A stretch of 20,000 bases of DNA, taken from the IMG/VR virus record IMGVR_UViG_3300028835_001893. The stretch is one strand, 5' to 3'. This DNA is from an uncultured virus (IMG/VR IMGVR_UViG_3300028835_001893) (Duplodnaviria > Heunggongvirae > Uroviricota > Caudoviricetes). The position numbers and the translations under genes are program-made. This document shows positions 1-7,670 of the stretch, one piece after another. Positions within the stretch are counted from its first letter, which is position 1, and the number at the start of each line of letters is the position of its first letter. The notes below the pieces were generated by a model. That model searched no databases. It was not told the DNA's origin and worked only from the letters and a program-made list of their open reading frames with translations.

Positions 1-187
1 GAGTAAAACCCATACATTTTAACTCTGTAAAACGTTCAGATAATTCTTCTATTTCAATATCGTCAGGTAGATTAATCCCAGCTTGTTCTCGTATTGAAAG
101 ACATTTTTCCAAAGACAATTTAGATGGGATTAGTACTACATAATTAGTCGACGAACTATTGGTTATAAAATCTGTTTTAACTTTCAT
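1..187 (-). CDS. TNSSS-motif protein (copy 5; 3' end runs off the window)
   Basis: Not in the ORF track. ATG at 187-185 reads MKVKTDFITNSSSTNYVVLIPSKLSLEKCLSIREQAGINLPDDIEIEELSERFTELKMYGFY... with no stop before position 1. GAGGA SD-like sequence upstream; same N-terminal motif as the four preceding genes. Confidence 0.88.
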   Translation of the reverse strand, partial: MKVKTDFITNSSSTNYVVLIPSKLSLEKCLSIREQAGINLPDDIEIEELSERFTELKCMGFT

Positions 188-190
188 TCT

Positions 191-553
191 TTATCCTCGC
201 TCTATTACTTCAATCCATATTGACTTGAAACCAAAAGTTTCTGATAATTCTTTTTGTCGAATCTTAGAATCTATAATAATATGTCGCATATAGTGGGGAA
301 TATCCTCATAATTATTGTACATACTAGTAGATTCGGTTATTTTAAATATACCTTCTTCTTTTTCTTCAATCGTTTGTGGATTGTAAAATCTTAAAGTAGA
401 ACATTCTCCAGTGTATTTATACTCTTGTATATATTCTTCTAAATAACGGTTAAAACTATCTTGAAAACTATTTAAGTTCTTATCTGTTGATGCAAAATAC
501 AATATAAAACTTGCTGAACTACTATTAGTCACAAAATCTGTTTTAAATTTCAT
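191..553 (-). CDS. TNSSS-motif protein (copy 4), hypothetical
   Basis: 120 aa, begins MKFKTDFVTNSSSASFIL; tightly packed in operon. Confidence 0.88.
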   Translation of the reverse strand: MKFKTDFVTNSSSASFILYFASTDKNLNSFQDSFNRYLEEYIQEYKYTGECSTLRFYNPQTIEEKEEGIFKITESTSMYNNYEDIPHYMRHIIIDSKIRQKELSETFGFKSIWIEVIERG

Positions 554-564
554 TCTAATATTCC

Positions 565-1071
565 CTAATGGTGACTAATTTGGAGGTGTGGAAGTTTTCT
601 AAAAATTTCTCCATGTTCCATATCTGACCAAAAAGCTCCACCTTCATCAGAATAACTAAAGAAGTAAATTACTCGTCCAATATTTTTTTTTATAAATTGC
701 ACAGCGAGTTCTTTCGCTATTTTCCTTCGTTCACGGTCTTGTATTCTATAAGCTTCTTCGATAGGCATTCCACCTCTTTTAACAAGGTTGTCAGCATAAT
801 CCCATCCAAGATCACCTTCGAAATGCCCAGACTGAATCTCTTCGGTAAGTTTGTCAGTAACACCCCCTAATACTGGTTCAAAGTCAAACTCAAAATAACT
901 CTCTTTTAATATCAAAGGTTCCTGCGTTTGTATATCTTCCAAAACTGCTCTTGCTTGTTCAGTATACATTATGTATTTCTTAACATCTTCAAATGACTCC
1001 ACTACTTTATCCCAGGCAACTATAAAACTTGAAGAACTTGAGTTTGTTATAAAATCTGTTTTTGTCTTCAT
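565..1071 (-). CDS. TNSSS-motif protein (copy 3), hypothetical
   Basis: 168 aa, begins MKTKTDFITNSSSSSFIV; ends MEHGEIFRKLPHLQISHH. Confidence 0.88.
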   Translation of the reverse strand: MKTKTDFITNSSSSSFIVAWDKVVESFEDVKKYIMYTEQARAVLEDIQTQEPLILKESYFEFDFEPVLGGVTDKLTEEIQSGHFEGDLGWDYADNLVKRGGMPIEEAYRIQDRERRKIAKELAVQFIKKNIGRVIYFFSYSDEGGAFWSDMEHGEIFRKLPHLQISHH

Positions 1072-1077
1072 TACGAT

Positions 1078-1455
1078 CTAACACATCCGACTTCCAAAAA
1101 ATAACTTAAAGTCTCTTGCCCCAAAAGTCGTTTTAAGATGTCTCTTATTTTCGCTAATTATTCCTAGGTCTTCTTCACCACTTTCTTCACAATTAGAATC
1201 AAATACGAAGATTGGTACTCCAACTAGAATAGAATATTCATCGGGTGCACCCGCTTCTTCACTAACTAAGAAAAAATTACTACTGAGTTGTTTCTCTATT
1301 TCATTTATTTCTTCATCTGTTTCATTCTGAAAAACTAGTTTTAGTATATCGCTATATGACATCTCACATGCAACTTCGTCTGTTTTAACTTTAAATCCTA
1401 ATAATATAAAATTGCAAGTTGAACTATTTGTTACGAAACTTGTTTTTATCTTCAC
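1078..1455 (-). CDS. TNSSS-motif protein (copy 2), hypothetical
   Basis: 125 aa, GTG start overlapping the upstream TGA (GTGA); begins MKIKTSFVTNSSTCNFIL; very acidic. Confidence 0.85.
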   Translation of the reverse strand: MKIKTSFVTNSSTCNFILLGFKVKTDEVACEMSYSDILKLVFQNETDEEINEIEKQLSSNFFLVSEEAGAPDEYSILVGVPIFVFDSNCEESGEEDLGIISENKRHLKTTFGARDFKLFFGSRMC

Positions 1456-1979
1456 TTTTTTAAACTCCTTTTGATTTTTTCTTTTTCTTTTTCTTTTTCC
1501 TCTTTTATCGCTTCCAGTTCTTTTTCAAATTGTTTACTTTGTTCTCGTTTAAACTGAAGTCTTGTTTTTATTTTGAAATCTGTTAAGTCTAGAAACAAGT
1601 CTGATTCCCTATTTTCATCATAATAATCATCTTCACCAAGATAACGTTTTATCATCAATCCTTCATCTTCCCAGTTTTCATTTCTACATGTATCTACTCT
1701 AAGACTACGACCTCTAGCAACGTCAATCCAGTCACCATCATAAATAAAAGTTTCGTAATTACAAGTCCATGGAATAACAATATTTCCGTCAAAATCAGGA
1801 TTATCTTTTAACCATTTTTTAACTATCATCTCATGTGGATGTGGTGCATCTCTTGGACCCTCTTTCCAGTTCTCAAAAAATATATCTAACATCTTCCTTG
1901 CCGCGTCAATCGGTTTTCTATAGTCCACAATGTATGCAGTACTAGAACTGTTAGTTACAAAATCATGTTTTATCTTCAA
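1452..1979 (-). CDS. TNSSS-motif protein (copy 1), hypothetical
   Basis: 175 aa, TTG start with AAGGAGG SD; begins MKIKHDFVTNSSSTAYIV; charged C-terminal coiled-coil. Confidence 0.88.
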   Translation of the reverse strand: MKIKHDFVTNSSSTAYIVDYRKPIDAARKMLDIFFENWKEGPRDAPHPHEMIVKKWLKDNPDFDGNIVIPWTCNYETFIYDGDWIDVARGRSLRVDTCRNENWEDEGLMIKRYLGEDDYYDENRESDLFLDLTDFKIKTRLQFKREQSKQFEKELEAIKEEKEKEKEKIKRSLKK

Positions 1980-2013
1980 AAAACGTTCCTCCTTGAAAAA
2001 ACTCAGTTATAGT

Positions 2014-2178
2014 TTATATTCGGACGGCTCGAATACCCCTATTTTGACTTCTCCTATTCTTTTTACAAGAGGGGCAGTACACTCGTACCACCCCCCTACC
2101 TTTCCATTCATATTCCATTCTTGCCATATATGTTTTTCGACAACCAGGACAAATCGCCTTAACTTTAAATTTACTCAT
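2014..2178 (-). CDS. small zinc-ribbon protein
   Basis: CPGC...CPSC knuckles, basic. Start moved to ATG 2178 (MSKFK), which has a GGAG SD and overlaps the upstream gene end. Confidence 0.7.
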   Translation of the reverse strand: MSKFKVKAICPGCRKTYMARMEYEWKGRGVVRVYCPSCKKNRRSQNRGIRAVRI

Positions 2179-2353
2179 TTTTTTTACTCTCCAGTTCATT
2201 TGGTTTTCGAGTCATCATTAAACAAAACAAAACAAAAATAGCAACTATCAAATTGCTAATAGAGGAGAGAAACAAACTAAGAGGAACATTAATTATGAAT
2301 GTAAACCACAAAAACATTCGAATATCTCTTCTCATTTCTTCTTTTGCTTCCAT
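2171..2353 (-). CDS. small two-helix membrane protein
   Basis: Hydrophobic MFLWFTFIINVPLSLFLS...LIVAIFVLFCLMM; start at ATG 2353 behind AGGAGGT SD. Confidence 0.7.
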   Translation of the reverse strand: MEAKEEMRRDIRMFLWFTFIINVPLSLFLSSISNLIVAIFVLFCLMMTRKPNELESKKNE

Positions 2354-2363
2354 AATCCACCTC

Positions 2364-3461
2364 CTATAATTCATAAGGACATATATCTGGATGTTGTTTT
2401 AAAAGTTCTCTACATCTTATAAAAGGATCTGATCTATTCCATGCGTCCTCAATTGATTTATATTCAAGAGATACACTATGTTGTTTATAATTAGCAAAAG
2501 AACATGGAACTAATCTCATATCTGGAGTAATATAAACAGACATCCTTCCAGACTCACACGTATCAATTGACATTTCTTGCTGTGGTGAAAACTTAGCAAA
2601 CTTTTTTACTTTGTTCACCATACAACTATCAAGTCCCACCTTAAACTTACATTTCGGTTCTTTAATTAGTTTACTAAACTGACGTATTTGACTAATTTTT
2701 GGTACCCAGTATAGAAGCTCCTTACCTCTACCTTGTGGTTTAAACAAAAGGAAAATAATTGCATTAAGTTTTTCTAAATCACCTTTACCATTCCATATAT
2801 CTATACCCTTTAGTATCTTTACTGCAAGTGGGTGAGATACAGAAGAATATATAAAGTGAATATTGGTTTTCATTCCATTGTCTATAAATCTTCTTAACGA
2901 ATTATATGTAAAGTCTTGTCCATAGTCAGATACAGCTACAGCACCGCAAAGTTTTGATATCTCTATTTGTTTATCTGTTAAGTTAATTCCACTAGTAGTA
3001 TAGTTCGGAACTACATTATTACTCCTAGCATACTCAACAATCTTTTCAAAATCCTCATGAAGATTTGGATCTCCTCTTCCTCCTAATGCTATTTGATTTG
3101 TATGATGTTTACACTCATCTACAATTCTTTTAAAATCTTCAAATTTCATATTTGGTTCTTGATTATCTCCCTGATAGCAAAAATCACATCTGTTCTTACA
3201 ATGTCCCATTATCCCACAATCAATCATTGACGGCATATCAAGAGAAAATGGATCAGGGTGACCCTTAATACCTCGTAAGGCTTCAAACCCTGTCAGTGTG
3301 TTAAATAACAATTCATAGCGATCATTTTTAAAGCATTTATCAAAATAAGCACCTATTTCTATTCCAGTACGTTTGTCTTTCAATGTTCTAAATTTCATAT
3401 TTGACAGATCAGAATCGAACCTTCTACCCATCTTTATGAATTGTTCCATTTTCTTTACCAA
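2364..3461 (-). CDS. radical SAM protein with C-terminal SPASM/twitch domain
   Basis: CxxxCxxC (CKNRCDFC), ALGGRGDP (GGEP-equivalent), NYTTSG, and C-terminal CESGRMSVYITPDMRLVPC...CRE...ICP. Start uncertain (TTG 3461, ATG 3449, 3431 or 3398). Confidence 0.92.
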   Translation of the reverse strand: MVKKMEQFIKMGRRFDSDLSNMKFRTLKDKRTGIEIGAYFDKCFKNDRYELLFNTLTGFEALRGIKGHPDPFSLDMPSMIDCGIMGHCKNRCDFCYQGDNQEPNMKFEDFKRIVDECKHHTNQIALGGRGDPNLHEDFEKIVEYARSNNVVPNYTTSGINLTDKQIEISKLCGAVAVSDYGQDFTYNSLRRFIDNGMKTNIHFIYSSVSHPLAVKILKGIDIWNGKGDLEKLNAIIFLLFKPQGRGKELLYWVPKISQIRQFSKLIKEPKCKFKVGLDSCMVNKVKKFAKFSPQQEMSIDTCESGRMSVYITPDMRLVPCSFANYKQHSVSLEYKSIEDAWNRSDPFIRCRELLKQHPDICPYEL

Positions 3462-3972
3462 ACTTTGTATAAACTACACCATCGATCGTTCTTATTTGTC
3501 TAAATTTCCCCATTTTTAAAAGTAAAGGAGCATTTTTATGTAAGGACTTCTGATCTTCTGGCATTGAATTTTCCCATTCTTTTTCACTAATAACCTCGTC
3601 AGAAACCAAAATAATAAATTTGTTCTCCTTATCTGGGTCATAGTCATTTTGAACAATCAGTAGAGTCTTGTAGAATGTTTTTCGAAGGACTTGTCGCAAA
3701 CATCTTCCACGAAACCGATTATGATAGTCTCCCCAACAAAAACCATTGTCTTCTAATATTGATTCTATTTTATCGGCGTTCTCCCGGTTTTGTTCTACTA
3801 TTTCATTAAGTTCATCAAAATGTTCGATTAAGAGTTTTAATATAGGTCTCCATTTTTTACCTACAGCTTTTAAGACCTTGTTTTTATTTTCTTCGTCTTC
3901 TAAATTGAAGATGATTTCTCGCCAGTAGTTATTTTTTGGAACTATAACAAATGTATCTACTAAGTTTCCCAT
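3424..3972 (-). CDS. hypothetical protein
   Basis: 182 aa ORF overlapping both neighbours in operon fashion; no recognised motif. Confidence 0.75.
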   Translation of the reverse strand: MGNLVDTFVIVPKNNYWREIIFNLEDEENKNKVLKAVGKKWRPILKLLIEHFDELNEIVEQNRENADKIESILEDNGFCWGDYHNRFRGRCLRQVLRKTFYKTLLIVQNDYDPDKENKFIILVSDEVISEKEWENSMPEDQKSLHKNAPLLLKMGKFRQIRTIDGVVYTKFGKENGTIHKDG

Positions 3973-4268
3973 TTCTTGCCTTCTTCCTTTATTAAAATCT
4001 CCTGAAAACCTTCTGGATAATGAAATGCTCTTATCTCTTCCATTTGTTCATCCATACTCATGTTAAGATCGTATACTTCTATTATCTTAATTGCACTATG
4101 TTTAGGACTATATTTATCATAAACTTCTTTAAACTTTTCTAGTCCTTTAGTATAAACAGGAAAGTCGTACCAGTCAATTTGGTCGCATAGAACTATCATA
4201 TGGTCTTCTTTATTTTCGACTCCTGTTTCAAACCACGAAATTATATCTTGTTTTGTTGCTGCACTCAC
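3960..4268 (-). CDS. hypothetical phage protein
   Basis: 102 aa, GTG start with TAGGAGGT SD. Confidence 0.8.
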   Translation of the reverse strand: MSAATKQDIISWFETGVENKEDHMIVLCDQIDWYDFPVYTKGLEKFKEVYDKYSPKHSAIKIIEVYDLNMSMDEQMEEIRAFHYPEGFQEILIKEEGKKWET

Positions 4269-4279
4269 ACTTACCTCCT

Positions 4280-4331
4280 ATTTATCCTGTCCATCTGTAG
4301 TTGCATTTACTACAAGCTGGACAAGATAAAT
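4280..4331 (-). promoter_or_regulatory. long imperfect RNA stem-loop immediately 5' of an SD (processing, stability or regulatory element)
   Basis: Minus-strand RNA UUUAUCUUGUCCAGCUUGUAGU-AAAUGCA-ACUACAGAUGGACAGGAUAAA: about 20 bp with one G-U pair, one G.A mismatch and one bulge. Fills the intergenic gap; no U-tail. Confidence 0.65.
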
Positions 4332-4345
4332 GACGAAAAAGTTTA

Positions 4346-4585
4346 TTAAGATGTCTCAACATTCGCACTTTTTCTTGGTCTATTAGAAGTTTTTCTTCTT
4401 TTAATTATTGTAATAATATACTCAACAGTCACGACTAAAGGACCAATAAATAATAATATGAGACAAACCCAAAGGTCTACAGCAGTAACAGAGCCATAAA
4501 TCTTGTTATAGTATAACATCCGTTTAATACTTATAACAAACCCAGCTACAAACCATACTAATAATATAATATGTAAGACTGTCAA
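4346..4585 (-). CDS. small membrane protein
   Basis: 79 aa, two hydrophobic helices, basic tail; TTG start with AAGGAGGT SD. Confidence 0.75.
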   Translation of the reverse strand: MTVLHIILLVWFVAGFVISIKRMLYYNKIYGSVTAVDLWVCLILLFIGPLVVTVEYIITIIKRRKTSNRPRKSANVETS

Positions 4586-4588
4586 TTT

Positions 4589-5644
4589 TCACACCTCCTT
4601 GGTTAAATATGATTTTACTAATTTAATACATAGTTCATCTACCAATTGCTCATTTGGTGATTCTGGTAGAGGACTAATTTCCTTAAGTTCTCTAAGTTGA
4701 CTGGTAAGAACATCCGTAAGCGATATTAACTCATCATAAGTAACATTCCCATTTAAAATCCATCGTAAGAGACCTACGTCTGGTCGAGGAAAAGTAATAT
4801 GACCAGTTCCAACTATCTCTTCTCCTTCTGATAACAGACGATATAAATGGGCAGCATGTTTTGTATCATATCCAAACTTTTCTTCAAGTTTTGCTCTAGC
4901 TGGATGTCTGTTCTTTTTCCAGTTTTGATATGAATTCCATTCTCTCATAGCGTTCATATAAGCCTTTTCTCTCTCAAGAGCTTCAAGAAAATTGTCACTC
5001 ACTGGAACAAGAGTTTTGATTGCTTTATAATCTAATGCTTTCAAATTTTGCGTTAAAGCAATAAAAGCAACCGTTTCTTCCATCTTATCTAATTGTTCTC
5101 TAAGACCATGAAACTTTCCAATTTGTTGTAAGTATAATGATAATAACTTATTAAAAGCTCCAATCTGGTCTTTTGGTATTAATGAACGATTATCTGGAAG
5201 ACCATACTTCTCACGAGTTGGTTGTTCTTTGGGAGGATTTAGAAGCCAGTTTCTATGTCGTTTAATACGTTTTAGTTGTTCATGTGCATAACCTATAAAT
5301 GAGTCAGTACATAATCTAGAAACAATATGTTCTTCCATATGGATTATCGCAATCCATTCTTTTGTATGATGTTTCCAGAAAGATTCGGGAATAAATAGAT
5401 ACTCAATAATTGACGGGTTGTTAACTAGCAACATCTTCATAAAACTACATATATCATAAAGCGTGGTGCTTTTTTCTTTATCTTCATAGTCTCGTAAATA
5501 AATCTTATTTAAGAAACCATAAAAGTACTCCTCACTTGGTATAAAAACTCCTCCTATATCAACATCTGAAGTTTCTATATCAGTTCCATATAAATTGCTT
5601 CCGACTATTGTTTTAAATATCAACTTAAAATCGTTTGGTATCAT
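4589..5644 (-). CDS. Pol-beta superfamily nucleotidyltransferase, RlaP/PF10127-like
   Basis: GSNLYGTDIETSDVDIGGVF (GS...DxD), NNPSIIEYLF, FIGYA, GYDTKHAAHLYRLL. Start moved to ATG 5644 (GGGAGG SD). Confidence 0.88.
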   Translation of the reverse strand: MIPNDFKLIFKTIVGSNLYGTDIETSDVDIGGVFIPSEEYFYGFLNKIYLRDYEDKEKSTTLYDICSFMKMLLVNNPSIIEYLFIPESFWKHHTKEWIAIIHMEEHIVSRLCTDSFIGYAHEQLKRIKRHRNWLLNPPKEQPTREKYGLPDNRSLIPKDQIGAFNKLLSLYLQQIGKFHGLREQLDKMEETVAFIALTQNLKALDYKAIKTLVPVSDNFLEALEREKAYMNAMREWNSYQNWKKNRHPARAKLEEKFGYDTKHAAHLYRLLSEGEEIVGTGHITFPRPDVGLLRWILNGNVTYDELISLTDVLTSQLRELKEISPLPESPNEQLVDELCIKLVKSYLTKEV

Positions 5645-6002
5645 TACTATCCTCCCGTAATTTGTTAAGTAATTTCTTCTTTGCTTCACTTACCAATTCT
5701 GAAACAATGTCAGAGCTAGTTGTTAGGAATTTAAAAGTTAATCCATCTAACACTAAAGAAGTATATAGTTTCCTCTCAAAATCCCACTGATTGAGACCTT
5801 CCTTTTTACAAAATTCTCCTATAGTTTTTGTTAATATGTGAGGGATTTCTAAAGAAACTGGAGTTTCTTCTTTTTCACCAAACCATAGACTTGGCCCTAC
5901 ATCAACGATCGCCTTTGCTACGGCATATATCATACTTCTTTCGACTTCAGAATATCCAAGAGGATTTCTCAGTTTTTCAAGTATCTCTTCTAGTTGGTTC
6001 AT
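5625..6002 (-). CDS. hypothetical protein, paralog of 5999-6343
   Basis: Shares NPLGYSE, GPxxWxGEKExTPVSLEIPH and QWDFExKLY with its neighbour; GAGGAG SD. Confidence 0.82.
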   Translation of the reverse strand: MNQLEEILEKLRNPLGYSEVERSMIYAVAKAIVDVGPSLWFGEKEETPVSLEIPHILTKTIGEFCKKEGLNQWDFERKLYTSLVLDGLTFKFLTTSSDIVSELVSEAKKKLLNKLREDSNDTKRF

Positions 6003-6343
6003 AATTTATACTCCTCTACTTTTTCATTTGCTTCTTTATTTAGTAAATCTCGCAGAACCTTAGATTTCCCTAACAAGAAAATAAATGTTAATCCTTCTAG
6101 TATTAAATGAGTATACAACTTAGTTTCGAAATCCCACTGGACAAGTTTCTTTTCTCTACACATTATGTTAATTTCTTCTATTATCTCATGAGGAATCTCT
6201 AAACTAACTGGAGTCTTTTCTTTTTCACCAGTCCATACTTCTGGACCTGACATTAACATCCTTCCTAACATTTCAAATATTATGTCTTTAACCTCTTCAG
6301 AATATCCAAGTGGATTTTTGTATCTTTCAATTATATCTTCCAT
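5999..6343 (-). CDS. hypothetical protein, paralog of 5625-6002
   Basis: Same shared motifs; GAGGAG SD; ATGA overlap with the next gene. Confidence 0.82.
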   Translation of the reverse strand: MEDIIERYKNPLGYSEEVKDIIFEMLGRMLMSGPEVWTGEKEKTPVSLEIPHEIIEEINIMCREKKLVQWDFETKLYTHLILEGLTFIFLLGKSKVLRDLLNKEANEKVEEYKL

Positions 6344-7670
6344 TATTATACTCCTCTATTAATTTAGTTAACTTCTCTTTTGTATTTAGTTCGGGTTCGT
6401 CAGTAACTTTATCTAAAAGAAAACTCAGAATCTTTCCAATTATTGGACTAGGACTAAAGCCAGTTATTTCTATTATATCATTCCCCTTCAAAACTAAATC
6501 TTTAAATCTATTTGGTGGTTTCTCGCTTATTACTTCTTCTATTGAACCCACCAAAGTCCTTGCTTCTTGTATACTATATGGGTGTCGTTTTAAGTTTCCT
6601 TTTTTGTCTGCTAATATCATACGAAGTAGGTCTTTGTATTCTATATTAGACTCATTTAATTCTCGTAGAACTCGTCTAATAGCCTTCTTATGGTTAGATC
6701 CAATATCTCGCATATGTAGATATATTAGTTTAGAAATGTAGTTTACTTCTATATTTGAGAACTTCAAAGCACCTAATTCGTCTTTCACTAAATTGGACCC
6801 TGCTTCAACATGTCCCATAAATGTTAAGTCATTTGTTTTCGGATTTATTTTACATGCAACTGGCTTTCCTATATCATGTAGATAAGTTGCTAGTTTTAAA
6901 AGTGGATAACGAACTGAAATACAATCACCACATATCATACTATGTTCAAATATATCTTCTAAATGATGTGGTCCATGTGGGTGGTCAATACAGTCTTCTA
7001 AAGAAGGAAAAATGTATTGTAAAGCTCGAATCTGATGTAGAGTTCTAAAAAAATTAGAAGCTTTTCTTATTTGCATTGTTTTTAGAACTTCTAATCGGAC
7101 TCGTTCTGGCGAAACAAAAGTCTCTATATATTCAGAATGACTAATTAAAGCATCCCATGAGTCCTTTTCGATAATTCCATCTAACTTCGTAACAAACCTA
7201 CATGCCCTTATCATCCGGTTTGGATCTTCAAATATTCTTTCACCTGGTTCTCCAACGAATCTTATTATCTTATGTTCTAAATCAAAAAGTCCATTATGTA
7301 GATCAATTACTTCTTTTTTGTTAACATCATAAGCCATTGCGTTAATAGTAAAGTCTCGACGAGATAAATCTTCTTCGAGAGTCACTGGGAAAGTAACTTC
7401 TACATCTTTGTTATTCCAACCATGATATCGGTCGCGTCTATATGTAGCAACTTCAGTTCCATTAACTATCACAACTCCAAACTTTTTTCCAAGAGGTACT
7501 ACAGTTTCATTTTTAAAGATCTCCTCAACCTCATCGGGAAGAGCAGATGTAACTATATCAATATCATGTGGGTTTTTATTACCTAGAATAAAATCTCTAA
7601 CTGCTCCACCAACTATGTAAGCTTCATATCCATAAGTTTGTAGTCTTTCAATTATCGGGTGTGATCTCAA
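6327..7670 (-). CDS. cca: CCA tRNA nucleotidyltransferase (class II) with HD domain
   Basis: YIVGGAVRD..DIDIVT, EVATYR, EEDLSRRDFTINAMAY, EDPNRMIRACRF (EDxxR), PERVRLE, LHDIGKP (HD), C-terminal LKGNDI...IGKIL; TTG start with GAGGAG SD. Confidence 0.93.
   Translation of the reverse strand: MRSHPIIERLQTYGYEAYIVGGAVRDFILGNKNPHDIDIVTSALPDEVEEIFKNETVVPLGKKFGVVIVNGTEVATYRRDRYHGWNNKDVEVTFPVTLEEDLSRRDFTINAMAYDVNKKEVIDLHNGLFDLEHKIIRFVGEPGERIFEDPNRMIRACRFVTKLDGIIEKDSWDALISHSEYIETFVSPERVRLEVLKTMQIRKASNFFRTLHQIRALQYIFPSLEDCIDHPHGPHHLEDIFEHSMICGDCISVRYPLLKLATYLHDIGKPVACKINPKTNDLTFMGHVEAGSNLVKDELGALKFSNIEVNYISKLIYLHMRDIGSNHKKAIRRVLRELNESNIEYKDLLRMILADKKGNLKRHPYSIQEARTLVGSIEEVISEKPPNRFKDLVLKGNDIIEITGFSPSPIIGKILSFLLDKVTDEPELNTKEKLTKLIEEYNNGRYN

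Noticed and set aside
1..1979. TNSSS proteins as sulfatase substrates of an anSME, or as secreted proteins with signal peptides
   Set aside because: No (C/S)xPxR sulfatase motif and far too short for sulfatases; the N-terminus lacks a hydrophobic h-region.
1930..2241. + strand 103-aa ORF, and other + strand ORFs at 3746, 6310, 6821, 8073 and 8629
   Set aside because: Antisense shadows of well-supported minus-strand genes; no SD or motif support.
4280..4331. Hairpin as an intrinsic terminator or tRNA fragment
   Set aside because: No U-tract after the stem on the coding strand, AU-rich long stem, and no cloverleaf or T-loop motif.
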